From IMG/VR virus record IMGVR_UViG_3300023184_000091: a stretch of 20,000 nt of DNA. One strand, given 5' to 3'. A program made the translations under genes and the position numbers. The notes beneath the pieces are model-generated. The model saw nothing but the letters and a program-made list of their open reading frames with translations. It had not been told where the DNA came from and did no database searches. Origin of the DNA: an uncultured virus (IMG/VR IMGVR_UViG_3300023184_000091). Its lineage: Duplodnaviria; Heunggongvirae; Uroviricota; Caudoviricetes. Below are positions 1-8,193 of this stretch, piece by piece. Every line of letters starts with the position of its first letter. Position 1 is the stretch's first letter.

Positions 1-1
1 T

Positions 2-433
2 ATGTCTAGACCTGGTAAGGGATTAGGCCACACCGGAATAGTTATAGGTGTTGATGTTAATAAAAGGGAATTCATAACAATAGAGGGTAATACTAACGAC
101 CAACAATCAGGTGAGGGTGATAGAGTCGGAATTAATAGAAGAAAACTTGATAAATTACCTCTCCTTGGATTTATAGATTATTTCAAAAATAACAGAACCC
201 CTGAATTCGAGAAAGATATTATGTCAGCAATAGACAGTAGTAAAATTCCTTTATCACCTTTAGATGGTGTACCTACTGATGCTGTTGTTAGTGGATATGA
301 AGAGGGACCAAATGAAATTAAAACAAAACCAGCTGGATTCATCGCTAATCTTTTAGCTGGATTATCACAGACTGTTAGCGGAAAATTAGCGTCTGCTGAA
401 GAAATAGAAGCTCAGCTATCTAAGCTTAAGTAA
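2..433 (+). CDS. C-terminal part of a CHAP/NlpC-like cell-wall hydrolase (probably 5'-truncated by the window)
   Basis: GHTGIV...TIEGNT motif typical of the CHAP catalytic His/Glu region; the catalytic Cys would lie upstream of the window. Confidence 0.7.
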   Translation: MSRPGKGLGHTGIVIGVDVNKREFITIEGNTNDQQSGEGDRVGINRRKLDKLPLLGFIDYFKNNRTPEFEKDIMSAIDSSKIPLSPLDGVPTDAVVSGYEEGPNEIKTKPAGFIANLLAGLSQTVSGKLASAEEIEAQLSKLK

Positions 434-620
434 TCTTAATAACTTCTTTATTTTTTATTCCTCCTAGAGTCCTTCTTCGCCCATAAGGCTCGTTTTCTTT
501 GTCTAATAACCAGACATAAGTTTTATTGTAGGTCTTTTCGTCTACTAGATATTTTATACCTTCTATCTGATAGATCTGGTCAACCTCTAGTACCATCGGT
601 TTTTCTTTTTTATTATACAT
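426..620 (-). CDS. Small hypothetical phage protein
   Basis: ORF in a tightly packed minus-strand run; ATG at 620 overlaps the upstream stop (ATGTATAA); alternative start at 596. Confidence 0.55.
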   Translation of the reverse strand: MYNKKEKPMVLEVDQIYQIEGIKYLVDEKTYNKTYVWLLDKENEPYGRRRTLGGIKNKEVIKIT

Positions 621-870
621 CTTGGTTTTGTTTAATTTCTGGGTACATCTCGTCAATCTCTATTTCTTCCATACCAAATCTTTCTTTTAACATATTTGTT
701 ATTGATAAAGGTCCTCCTGTATATTCTACTGAAGGCCATTGACCCCCTTCGCTTTCTAATATCTTGTGAGATATTGAATATTCATCAAGATACTCAAAAA
801 AAGATTTATCAAATTCTTCGTTCTCCCCGAGAATAGTATCAACCTTTACAGTAACAAATTTAAAAATCAT
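613..870 (-). CDS. Hypothetical acidic protein
   Basis: 85-aa ORF, abuts both neighbours. Confidence 0.7.
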   Translation of the reverse strand: MIFKFVTVKVDTILGENEEFDKSFFEYLDEYSISHKILESEGGQWPSVEYTGGPLSITNMLKERFGMEEIEIDEMYPEIKQNQDV

Positions 871-873
871 ATC

Positions 874-1182
874 CTATTTTCTTTTTTTAGCAATTTTATA
901 TACCTGTTTAATACCGACCTGTATGTGAGATCTTGTCTTATAGGTACTATCCAAGTTAGTTCTATTTAACCAAACTGGTGATCCTTCTTCCATAACGTTT
1001 CTTGGTGGTATTCTTTCAGAGCTGATTACTGTATGAGTATCCACTGTGATATCAAAAGTGTCTTTTCCTGAAATGAGCATATCGCCATCGACAGCTTTTT
1101 CTATTGCCTTTTTATCTCCTGTTCTGCACGAAGATATTAATAGAGATGTGGCTAATAGTATAAAAAATATTTTATTTTTCAT
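874..1182 (-). CDS. Putative lipoprotein
   Basis: MKNK, hydrophobic stretch, then lipobox-like LISSC. Confidence 0.7.
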   Translation of the reverse strand: MKNKIFFILLATSLLISSCRTGDKKAIEKAVDGDMLISGKDTFDITVDTHTVISSERIPPRNVMEEGSPVWLNRTNLDSTYKTRSHIQVGIKQVYKIAKKRK

Positions 1183-1222
1183 TTATTTATATCTTAGTGT
1201 AAACTATATGATTCGTTTCGAC

Positions 1223-1708
1223 TTAATGGAAAGAAAGTATTCCCCCTTTGGAAGCTATTTCAAATCCGTTCATGAAGTTATCATAAATCATTTCATAGTA
1301 ACCATCATATGGATTTTTTGATTTAATTTTTTCGTGGAATGTTTCCCTGTTCTCTACAAAATCCTTGTGTAACTTGGCAGACATCTGAGGTCCAAAGTTA
1401 CCTTCGCAGTCTGAAAAGTTTATCATCTCGTAGAATGCTTTACCCTCGTACTTCTCTTCTTCTACCCAAACTGTTTTGGAATCGACTCCAAGTGCTATTT
1501 GACTAAGAAGATTTCTAAAAACACCGTAGCCAGAATATGATCCAGCTCTAAATCTACATGTTTCCGCTTCGGTGTCTTCCACATACGTACCCTTCTCAAT
1601 ATCTTTAGCCTGATCTGTGTGGGGTTCGCCACGGTAGATGAAAATTGTTGCTTCGTCAAGATTATCTGTCTTGTTGATTTTGCTGCATGCTGAAATGTCT
1701 AATCCCAT
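1223..1708 (-). CDS. Hypothetical phage protein (MGLD-start type)
   Basis: 161-aa ORF; MGLD start, FRAGSYSGY and INFSDCEG motifs resembling uncharacterised phage proteins. Confidence 0.7.
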   Translation of the reverse strand: MGLDISACSKINKTDNLDEATIFIYRGEPHTDQAKDIEKGTYVEDTEAETCRFRAGSYSGYGVFRNLLSQIALGVDSKTVWVEEEKYEGKAFYEMINFSDCEGNFGPQMSAKLHKDFVENRETFHEKIKSKNPYDGYYEMIYDNFMNGFEIASKGGILSFH

Positions 1709-1718
1709 ATTTTTGTTT

Positions 1719-1958
1719 TTAAAAAGGTTGATCTAATGCTAATGCCATCATGTGTGTTTCCCTTGCACCCCATTCTGTTAGAATGTTTGCAAATTGGTTT
1801 CTTGATAAACCATTTAGGAAGTAAGATTTTTCTTCTATCAGATGCTTAGGTGAATCCTCTGGTTCATTAAGATCTGTGATGTCATAGAAGTATCCAAGTG
1901 CATGATCGAAACCATACACTAGTTGCTTGTTTTCTTTTTTGATACTATATCTGCTCAT
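1719..1958 (-). CDS. Hypothetical protein
   Basis: 79-aa ORF in operon-like spacing. Confidence 0.7.
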   Translation of the reverse strand: MSRYSIKKENKQLVYGFDHALGYFYDITDLNEPEDSPKHLIEEKSYFLNGLSRNQFANILTEWGARETHMMALALDQPF

Positions 1959-1970
1959 GAGCGTTTTGTT

Positions 1971-2318
1971 TTAATAGTTTATTACGTGAACTGATAGGCC
2001 TTTTTCAGTTGCGAGATCTATCATATGTTTTGTACCTCTTGATACCCCGTCCCAGAATGCGATTAAGCAATCTGCATAATCCGCCATTTCTTTGTTTCTA
2101 ATGTATCCTGCTGCTTTACCTTGTTTATCCCAGTCAGGAGTGAATTGACGCACGCTATAGCCTTTTAAACTGGCGTAGTGCTCACCTAACTTATCCGCTC
2201 CCCTAGCAGTACCACTTACAATCTCAGCTTCCCTGACATTTGCAAGTACTTCCTCGCACTTTGCATAAAGAAGTTGAAAATCTGAGAAGCCTCTGCTGCC
2301 TGCTATTATCACTTTCAT
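1971..2318 (-). CDS. SLOG-superfamily (YspA/DUF2493-like) nucleotide-binding protein
   Basis: KVIIAGSR, IVSGTARGAD, AAGYIRNKEM, AFWDGVSRGTKHMI motifs; start set at ATG 2318, downstream of the promoter motif. Confidence 0.85.
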   Translation of the reverse strand: MKVIIAGSRGFSDFQLLYAKCEEVLANVREAEIVSGTARGADKLGEHYASLKGYSVRQFTPDWDKQGKAAGYIRNKEMADYADCLIAFWDGVSRGTKHMIDLATEKGLSVHVINY

Positions 2319-2332
2319 TTTGTTAATTTCTA

Positions 2333-2364
2333 CAATATTAATCAATACCCTCGGGGGAAAAAAA
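2333..2364 (-). promoter_or_regulatory. Putative early/middle promoter (T-tract..CCG-N11-TAATATTG)
   Basis: Same architecture and spacing as the copies at 7895, 9216 and 16259; one mismatch to Bacteroidota TAnnTTTG. Confidence 0.6.
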
Positions 2365-2400
2365 TAAAAAGGGAAAACTTTTTATGTTCTCCCTTTTTAT
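2364..2400 (-). terminator. Rho-independent terminator (possibly bidirectional)
   Basis: Minus strand ATAAAAAGGGAGAAC-7 nt loop-GTTTTCCCTTTTTAT (one G-U pair) followed by a T-run, directly after the stop of the capsid-like gene. Confidence 0.8.
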
Positions 2401-2401
2401 T

Positions 2402-3292
2402 TTATTTCTTAAAGATCTTATTTATAAGATGTGTTATTATATTGTGCCTTTTAATAGTGGTGTTAAGAGTATAGTATTTTAAATGAGCATTATCTGTTGC
2501 TACCAAAGCCATTCTCTTTTTGTAGTTAAGAACAGTATAAGGCATAAGATTATCAGGGCTTATCTCTTCAGTCTCGATTATCTCTGGCTCCATCTCATAT
2601 TGGTATATTCCCTCCTGGCCTTCAAAGGTATTAGATCCTATAACTATAGACTCATCATTCCAATGTAGCATTGGGTTGATTATCACAGAGAATTTGTTTC
2701 CGAGAGCACCAATCTTATGAATAAGACCTGTACTACGATCTAGATCTGGTTGATTAGGATCGTTATAAACGAATTGGGGTAGGTCCATTATTCTAGATCC
2801 CATAGCAGGTCCTACTATAATAAAATCAGCATCAGATCTTCTTGATGTACTGTGGATTAAATTGGAGATGGAAACTATTTTTCTGAACATGTCGGAGTCT
2901 TCTTTTACCCTGAACTTAGGTTCATAACCAAACCACTCGTTAGCTTTAAAAACTATTTTGGACCAGCCAATCTTTTCGTTAACTGATCCAGCATACTTAA
3001 TCATGTTATAGATAAGCTTATCCTGACCTCTTTTATCCTCTTCTTCCATAGAGGACATTAACATAGCCTTAGGATCTACCGAATGTAGCTTTTCTAGATC
3101 TGCTATTTGTTCTTTAGAAACTTTTGATTTAATCATATAAGTTTCTAAATGAAACATCTTTCTTAGAGTCTTCATGGAAACAGTATCATTTCCGTCCTGA
3201 TCCTTTCCCGTGTACTCCATTGCTAAATAGAATATCTCTCCTGTTCCTTTATCTGTCTTATTCCAACAGATTCTATTTTTAATTTCTTGCAT
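2402..3292 (-). CDS. Divergent, shortened T4 gp23/gp24-like major capsid protein paralog
   Basis: Collinear gp23-like blocks: GTGEIFYLAMEY (~PTGQVFALRAVY); IKSKVSKEQIADLEKLHSVDPKAML (~LKAAYSIELAQDLRAVHGMDADAEL); SNLIHSTSRRSDADFIIVG (~RGAGNFIIAS); IGALGNKFSVIINP (~AGVLGGKYRVYIDQ); EGIYQY..PDNLMP..YKKRMAL (~AGIYYAPY..PKNFQP..FKTRYG). Confidence 0.7.
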   Translation of the reverse strand: MQEIKNRICWNKTDKGTGEIFYLAMEYTGKDQDGNDTVSMKTLRKMFHLETYMIKSKVSKEQIADLEKLHSVDPKAMLMSSMEEEDKRGQDKLIYNMIKYAGSVNEKIGWSKIVFKANEWFGYEPKFRVKEDSDMFRKIVSISNLIHSTSRRSDADFIIVGPAMGSRIMDLPQFVYNDPNQPDLDRSTGLIHKIGALGNKFSVIINPMLHWNDESIVIGSNTFEGQEGIYQYEMEPEIIETEEISPDNLMPYTVLNYKKRMALVATDNAHLKYYTLNTTIKRHNIITHLINKIFKK

Positions 3293-3297
3293 CTTTG

Positions 3298-3630
3298 TTA
3301 TTTGTCTTTTATATTAGATTTATCTTGTATTTGTTTCAGCAATTCCTCATCGTCGAGTTCTTTTGATATCCTCAGCATCTCGGGTAATCCTAGTTCCTGC
3401 ATGCTCATTACCAACTCTCCTATTCTAACGTCCATGTCTAGTTCTATACAGCACTCGATACAGAAGTCTTCGTCTATCTTAAATCCTGAATCGACAAGAT
3501 CAACTGCTCGATCAAAAGCAGATAACGTTATGACAGGGCCACCCTCAAGAAATTTACCTTCCCTAAGTTTATTGCAATAGTAAATAAATACTACTGCACC
3601 GTCCATCATTTCCTTGTCTTTCCAATCCAC
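3298..3630 (-). CDS. Hypothetical acidic protein (GTG start; ATG alternatives nearby)
   Basis: 110-aa ORF filling the gap between neighbours. Confidence 0.7.
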   Translation of the reverse strand: MDWKDKEMMDGAVVFIYYCNKLREGKFLEGGPVITLSAFDRAVDLVDSGFKIDEDFCIECCIELDMDVRIGELVMSMQELGLPEMLRISKELDDEELLKQIQDKSNIKDK

Positions 3631-3637
3631 TTAATCC

Positions 3638-3901
3638 CTACTTTATCTTTTGTCCGAATTTTTCAAATATCCCATCCAATCTAGAATCTTTATTAGATTC
3701 TGTTATTGTTTCGCATATCTCTTTATCTAACCTAGTCTTCTTTGAAAACTCCCACCATCCGCATTTAATACGATCCAGAGTTAATAACTCGATCCTGTGT
3801 GTTCTTGCCTGATAGATCTCAACCATTTCCATTATTGGATTGGTAAGCTTTCTGATCTCCTCGTATGTTAGACTATTTTTGTCTATTGAATCCTGTATCA
3901 T
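3638..3901 (-). CDS. Hypothetical protein
   Basis: 87-aa ORF. Confidence 0.65.
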   Translation of the reverse strand: MIQDSIDKNSLTYEEIRKLTNPIMEMVEIYQARTHRIELLTLDRIKCGWWEFSKKTRLDKEICETITESNKDSRLDGIFEKFGQKIK

Positions 3902-3946
3902 TTTCTTTATTTTTGTAAAGTATATTCTATAGCCTAATATAAGAAA

Positions 3947-4402
3947 TTATTTCATAGTAATCCATGAAATTTCCCTCTGTAGTAGTTTATCGTTAACTGG
4001 AATAAGATCCACACTAATGACATCATTAATTATAATCTCTGATGTTTCACTCTCTACCTTTCCTCTTATAGTGGGTCTGAAACTGGCGAGACCGTCGGAG
4101 AATATTTTTAATGCTTCCTTTCCGTTCCTAGTCATTCTGAATTTAACAACAGCCATAATAAAATGGTCTTCAATAAACAGACGATCTATTATGTGAGAAG
4201 CCTCTTCGAGCTTGGTCACATATTCCCCATTATCAAGAAGTGCATCAACTAACTCTCCTGTAAAAAATTTTCTCTCTTTCAGAATTTCGAATATCTTAGC
4301 AGAGGATCTTTCGGTGTAGATGTTTCCCACACTATTGGGAACGCCTATCTCTATAAGCGGAACCTCTCTGATAACTGATTTAGCTTCCACTATTTTAAGC
4401 AT
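3947..4402 (-). CDS. T4 gp21-like prohead protease paralog, probably catalytically inactive
   Basis: PNSVGNIYT (~NRNxRxYP), TGELVD (~LGELxH), ASHIIDRL, TRNGK (~TPxGK), SFRPTIRG (~GVSSRGxG), SVDLI (~xVDxV); the His and Ser positions are substituted. Confidence 0.65.
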   Translation of the reverse strand: MLKIVEAKSVIREVPLIEIGVPNSVGNIYTERSSAKIFEILKERKFFTGELVDALLDNGEYVTKLEEASHIIDRLFIEDHFIMAVVKFRMTRNGKEALKIFSDGLASFRPTIRGKVESETSEIIINDVISVDLIPVNDKLLQREISWITMK

Positions 4403-4659
4403 TATCCAAATGGATTTAGTATCTGTCTGTTAATAAGTATTGAATCCTCTTCGCCTCTTGATTTTATATTCAGCGAAATTGACTCTCCATAGCAGTTAGC
4501 CACAGCTACGTTAATATCATCTTCGTCCATTCGTGAACCAAATGTTACAAAACCTGCACCTTCGCACTTTTGGTTATATCCAACCATTTCACTGTGTTGG
4601 ATCGCTGCTGAGAAAACGATTGCGCTTCCCCCAACTATTACATACTTTGCTTTATACAT
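4402..4659 (-). CDS. Hypothetical phage protein
   Basis: KYVI..IVFS..IQHS..GAGFV..CYGESISLNIKSR pattern resembling small phage proteins; ATG 4659 overlaps the Thg1 stop. Confidence 0.7.
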   Translation of the reverse strand: MYKAKYVIVGGSAIVFSAAIQHSEMVGYNQKCEGAGFVTFGSRMDEDDINVAVANCYGESISLNIKSRGEEDSILINRQILNPFG

Positions 4660-5515
4660 TCTCTTCCTCTTTTTGTTGTTCATAATTAGGAAAAAAAGAT
4701 CTTAGATACTCTCTGTCCTGTGTAAAGATTGGTGTTTCTGGATCAGCCTCCCATTTAGATCTAGTAAAGATATGCTTATCGTCGATTACTTGTGTATTCG
4801 GTGTTTTTGCAACCGCTTTAATAGAATCAGATTTGATAAATTTTCTTTCAACTTTACGAATTAAAGATCCTCTCTTTTCTCTTGGGCTGTAATTGTTCCA
4901 GTTGATCCCCTTTTGAAAGAGCATCTCCTGCATACCATCGGTCTTAACCCCATTTAATTCCTTAGGACTATAAAGACTTTGTGCAGCTGAACTGATAGAG
5001 TTTCTCGTAGCGTCTTGCTGCCTCCAGATGAAATAGTTTTCTACCTCAGCTGCAAAAGGAATTTGAAATACCCTAGCGTCAAATTGAGCCATATTAAATT
5101 GAGAGATGATTGCACGACCTTGCATTGGGGTTTGTTCATAATTACCAAACCCTCTCATTAATCTTAAACGATTAAATTCTGCAGTTGCCATTGATGCAGC
5201 AACTGAAGCCATCTTCTGTAGATTGTTGTCAAACCAAGCGTGTGTTCCCAGATCATCGAAATCTGTAATTAGAATTGAGATTTCATCAGACTGAACGTAT
5301 GCAAATTTAGCACCCTGGATATTCTTACAGAGATAAGCTGCTGTTGCATCCATGTCTTCCATGAGCCACATATCAAAAGGTCTTTCCAAACCTTTTGTGT
5401 AAGTGTGGAAAGCCTTTCCATCAATTCTGATTATAGTGTAACTTCTTCTTGGAAGTTTAGTTCTCGTTCTGTCTTCATAGAACGATTTCATGCGGTCTCC
5501 GAGTTCATCTTTCAT
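4652..5515 (-). CDS. thg1: tRNA(His) guanylyltransferase Thg1-like protein (3'-5' polymerase)
   Basis: RIDGKAFHTYT, YVQSDEIS, FDARVF and WRQQDATRNS signature motifs. Confidence 0.93.
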   Translation of the reverse strand: MKDELGDRMKSFYEDRTRTKLPRRSYTIIRIDGKAFHTYTKGLERPFDMWLMEDMDATAAYLCKNIQGAKFAYVQSDEISILITDFDDLGTHAWFDNNLQKMASVAASMATAEFNRLRLMRGFGNYEQTPMQGRAIISQFNMAQFDARVFQIPFAAEVENYFIWRQQDATRNSISSAAQSLYSPKELNGVKTDGMQEMLFQKGINWNNYSPREKRGSLIRKVERKFIKSDSIKAVAKTPNTQVIDDKHIFTRSKWEADPETPIFTQDREYLRSFFPNYEQQKEEENV

Positions 5516-5521
5516 TTTATC

Positions 5522-5839
5522 CTAATTTTTAACTTTAAATCTTTTTAGTACTTTCATTCTATCAATCTCATAGCCCATAGCTTCTAAGCTTTTTGTATCG
5601 AAAATAACTTCTTCTTTATCCTTATCCAACATCAATCTATCATACTCACCTGACTCCTTATCTCTCACAACAAAGCACACCACATTTAACGCATCACTCT
5701 GCTCACCGCTTCCCCAAAGAATAGATTTCTTTCTAGCGTGCTGAGTGCTGATCTTATCATGGAACCATTCGTGGGTTTCTGACTCCCAGTAAAGCCCGTC
5801 CATTTCTAAAAATTCGTTTCTTTCTGACATATTATTCAT
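5522..5839 (-). CDS. Hypothetical protein
   Basis: 105-aa ORF abutting both neighbours. Confidence 0.7.
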   Translation of the reverse strand: MNNMSERNEFLEMDGLYWESETHEWFHDKISTQHARKKSILWGSGEQSDALNVVCFVVRDKESGEYDRLMLDKDKEEVIFDTKSLEAMGYEIDRMKVLKRFKVKN

Positions 5840-6418
5840 TTAATAGTTTAGTTCTATTACTGATTTACTTAATTTTGCTAATGCTTCCTTATAATACTTC
5901 TGGTTGAAGCCTTCTTTGTTTCTAGGAGAAGGCAGAACGTGGACAAAGTGATTACGCTGACCGTAAAGCATATCAGAATCATCGTCGATAATGATGTAGT
6001 TTTCAATCCCAGATCTATCCATATACTGCTGTTGGGTATCTTTGTCCCAATTTATGTGGTTGAATTTTAGATCGTGCTCCAGATAGTGTTCTATCTCACA
6101 TCCTCTAGGAATATTGTATCCGTTTATATCTCCTCTGAAATTAGGTGTGATTCCTATTATCTCTCCGTGCATCCCTTCAATCTCCCACACCTTTCTCATG
6201 AACTCTATCCCAGAACTTCTCCAGGTTGATGAGATGACAATTTTCGCGCCAGTCTCATCAATCAAATTATTCAGGAGTTCTTTGCTCCATGAGCAAAATG
6301 ATTGGTGGTGATCTTCTGTACCGTTCTCCCAATTCCACTTAGTGTAATTGCACTCACCACTTCGGTAAGCTTTCTCTGAGTTAAGAACTCCGTCGATGTC
6401 CAAAAATATTATTTTCAT
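5840..6418 (-). CDS. HAD phosphatase of the 'Swiss Army Knife' RNA-repair type
   Basis: IIFLDIDGVLN, KIVISSTWR, RGCEI, YIIIDDDSDML. Confidence 0.85.
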   Translation of the reverse strand: MKIIFLDIDGVLNSEKAYRSGECNYTKWNWENGTEDHHQSFCSWSKELLNNLIDETGAKIVISSTWRSSGIEFMRKVWEIEGMHGEIIGITPNFRGDINGYNIPRGCEIEHYLEHDLKFNHINWDKDTQQQYMDRSGIENYIIIDDDSDMLYGQRNHFVHVLPSPRNKEGFNQKYYKEALAKLSKSVIELNY

Positions 6419-6423
6419 TTAAT

Positions 6424-7149
6424 TTATTTTAGTGCTAAAGATCTAATTGTTTCGCACTTTCTATGATACATTATTCTTATCAAGAATGAGGAGATCTTAG
6501 CAAATGTACGATCATCCTTGGTTCCCCATTGGGTACAATTTATTCTATCCATACACTCCTTTATCGAGTTCTTATTTTTCTCTGGATTATAAATAGCAGA
6601 TTTGTACGAACTGTTAAATGTTCTGATGCAATGCGATACCATTCTGTGAGTTGGAACGATTGAAAGATAGCCTGACATATCCCCCGATTTTTTCCATATC
6701 TGGTATTCCCATCGAAATGTGCTTGGCATATATTGATTATGCTCAGGATATTTGTAACCCTTCTCTTTAGGCTTTATGTCAATCTTATATTTTCCTATCC
6801 GAAATGACTTTTTACTGTCTTCTATCTTTTTCTTTCCTAGATTGTAATAATGATTCCATGAATTCAAAGCAAATTCCATTCCTGAAACGCTTGCCTCCTT
6901 TAATCTTTTATTAGCCTCGCTCCAACTAACACCCTCAGGAGGTTTAGCATAGCAATCCCCATCTAGTATCCATGTAAAGTTGAGATGTGAAGCATCACAC
7001 CAATCAACATTCAGACATTGATAGCCGTCCTTCATAGAAGGAGTACCGTTTGGATTTGATACGTGTTCGCTTAGATCTTCGTAACGACCCCGGTGGGTAA
7101 CCTCTAGCTTAGATTTGCATACTGGGCAATAGATAGATTTCTTCTCCAT
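6424..7149 (-). CDS. Hypothetical protein with possible N-terminal Zn-binding motif
   Basis: 241-aa ORF; CPVC ... YQC....WC. Confidence 0.7.
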   Translation of the reverse strand: MEKKSIYCPVCKSKLEVTHRGRYEDLSEHVSNPNGTPSMKDGYQCLNVDWCDASHLNFTWILDGDCYAKPPEGVSWSEANKRLKEASVSGMEFALNSWNHYYNLGKKKIEDSKKSFRIGKYKIDIKPKEKGYKYPEHNQYMPSTFRWEYQIWKKSGDMSGYLSIVPTHRMVSHCIRTFNSSYKSAIYNPEKNKNSIKECMDRINCTQWGTKDDRTFAKISSFLIRIMYHRKCETIRSLALK

Positions 7150-7150
7150 A

Positions 7151-7879
7151 TTATTTTTCGACTGTTGGTTTCAACCAGATATTTGTTCTAAACACGTAAT
7201 CCATTAAGAATGGAAACTGCCACAGTTTCTTAAGTGTTCCTGCAGTATCATGTTTGAAGCACTTTAATAATTCTTCTCTAATTCTCTCCTCTGATACTAC
7301 AGCCATATGAACTTCAAAGTCGTAATTAGCGATGACCCCTGCCATTTCGTCGGGTATAGTAAATCCTTTAGTAATGGAGAATCTGATGGCTCTTAATATT
7401 CTTAGAGGATCGTCATGAAATGTTTCCTCGCAAGGCAACGGGGTTCTTAGCAGACCTTTCTTGAGATCTGTCATTCCGTCAAAGAAATCTATGATTGTTC
7501 CATCATCATCTTTTGCCAAAGCATTCAATGTGAAGTCTCTTCGTTCAAGATCGTCGTACAAGGTTCCCGGCTTGACGATAGGCTGTCTAGTCCCTGGGAT
7601 GTACCCAACTTCTTTTCTTGCCATCACAAAGTCAGCAACTCCTGAATATTTATGATCCTTGGGAAATTTTGCTCTGATGGTGAAGCATTCAGGAGTGGAT
7701 AGGAATATTTCAAATCTCTCTGATGCTAAGTAAGATTCCAGTACGACAAACATGGAATGTGCTTCCGTATATTCTTCCAGAAGACTTTCGTTAGGAACTG
7801 CAACATAGTCGACGTCCTTAGATTCCAAACCTAGAATCTCGTCTCTTACCTTTCCGCCTACTTCATAAAATTTGAACAT
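7151..7879 (-). CDS. cca: Compact class II tRNA nucleotidyltransferase (CCA-adding type)
   Basis: VGGKVRDEILG..KDVDY, ARKE, DLERRDFTLNALA, DDPLRILRAIRF, VSEERIREEL; ATG start at 7879. Confidence 0.9.
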   Translation of the reverse strand: MFKFYEVGGKVRDEILGLESKDVDYVAVPNESLLEEYTEAHSMFVVLESYLASERFEIFLSTPECFTIRAKFPKDHKYSGVADFVMARKEVGYIPGTRQPIVKPGTLYDDLERRDFTLNALAKDDDGTIIDFFDGMTDLKKGLLRTPLPCEETFHDDPLRILRAIRFSITKGFTIPDEMAGVIANYDFEVHMAVVSEERIREELLKCFKHDTAGTLKKLWQFPFLMDYVFRTNIWLKPTVEK

Positions 7880-7894
7880 ATCTTTGTTTTTTAG

Positions 7895-7926
7895 CAAACA
7901 TAACAAAAAAATACGGAGATAAAAAA
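7895..7926 (-). promoter_or_regulatory. Putative early/middle promoter (TTTTTT..CCG-N11-TATGTTTG)
   Basis: Perfect Bacteroidota -7 element TAnnTTTG with the conserved upstream CCG and T-tract, directly before the cca start. Confidence 0.7.
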
Positions 7927-8193
7927 TTATTCTTCTTCATCTCCGTAATCTTTATCGTCGTTGTATGCCTTTAGGTTAGCATTTTCTATCGATAGCCTTT
8001 TTATATCGTCCTTTAGGATCTTTATATCATCAAGCTTGTCCTTCATTAGCTCAAACCCAAATTCTATTATTCCGATTTCATTTTCCGTGAGATCGTCTTT
8101 AGAAACCAGGATTCTGTTTGTTACTAAATCATAATATTGACCCTTTAAACTCTTAAGCATTTTATTCCTAAATAAGTTAACACCTCTTCCCAT
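7927..8193 (-). CDS. Hypothetical protein with C-terminal coiled coil
   Basis: 88-aa ORF; true start may be the internal Met (MLKS). Confidence 0.6.
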   Translation of the reverse strand: MGRGVNLFRNKMLKSLKGQYYDLVTNRILVSKDDLTENEIGIIEFGFELMKDKLDDIKILKDDIKRLSIENANLKAYNDDKDYGDEEE

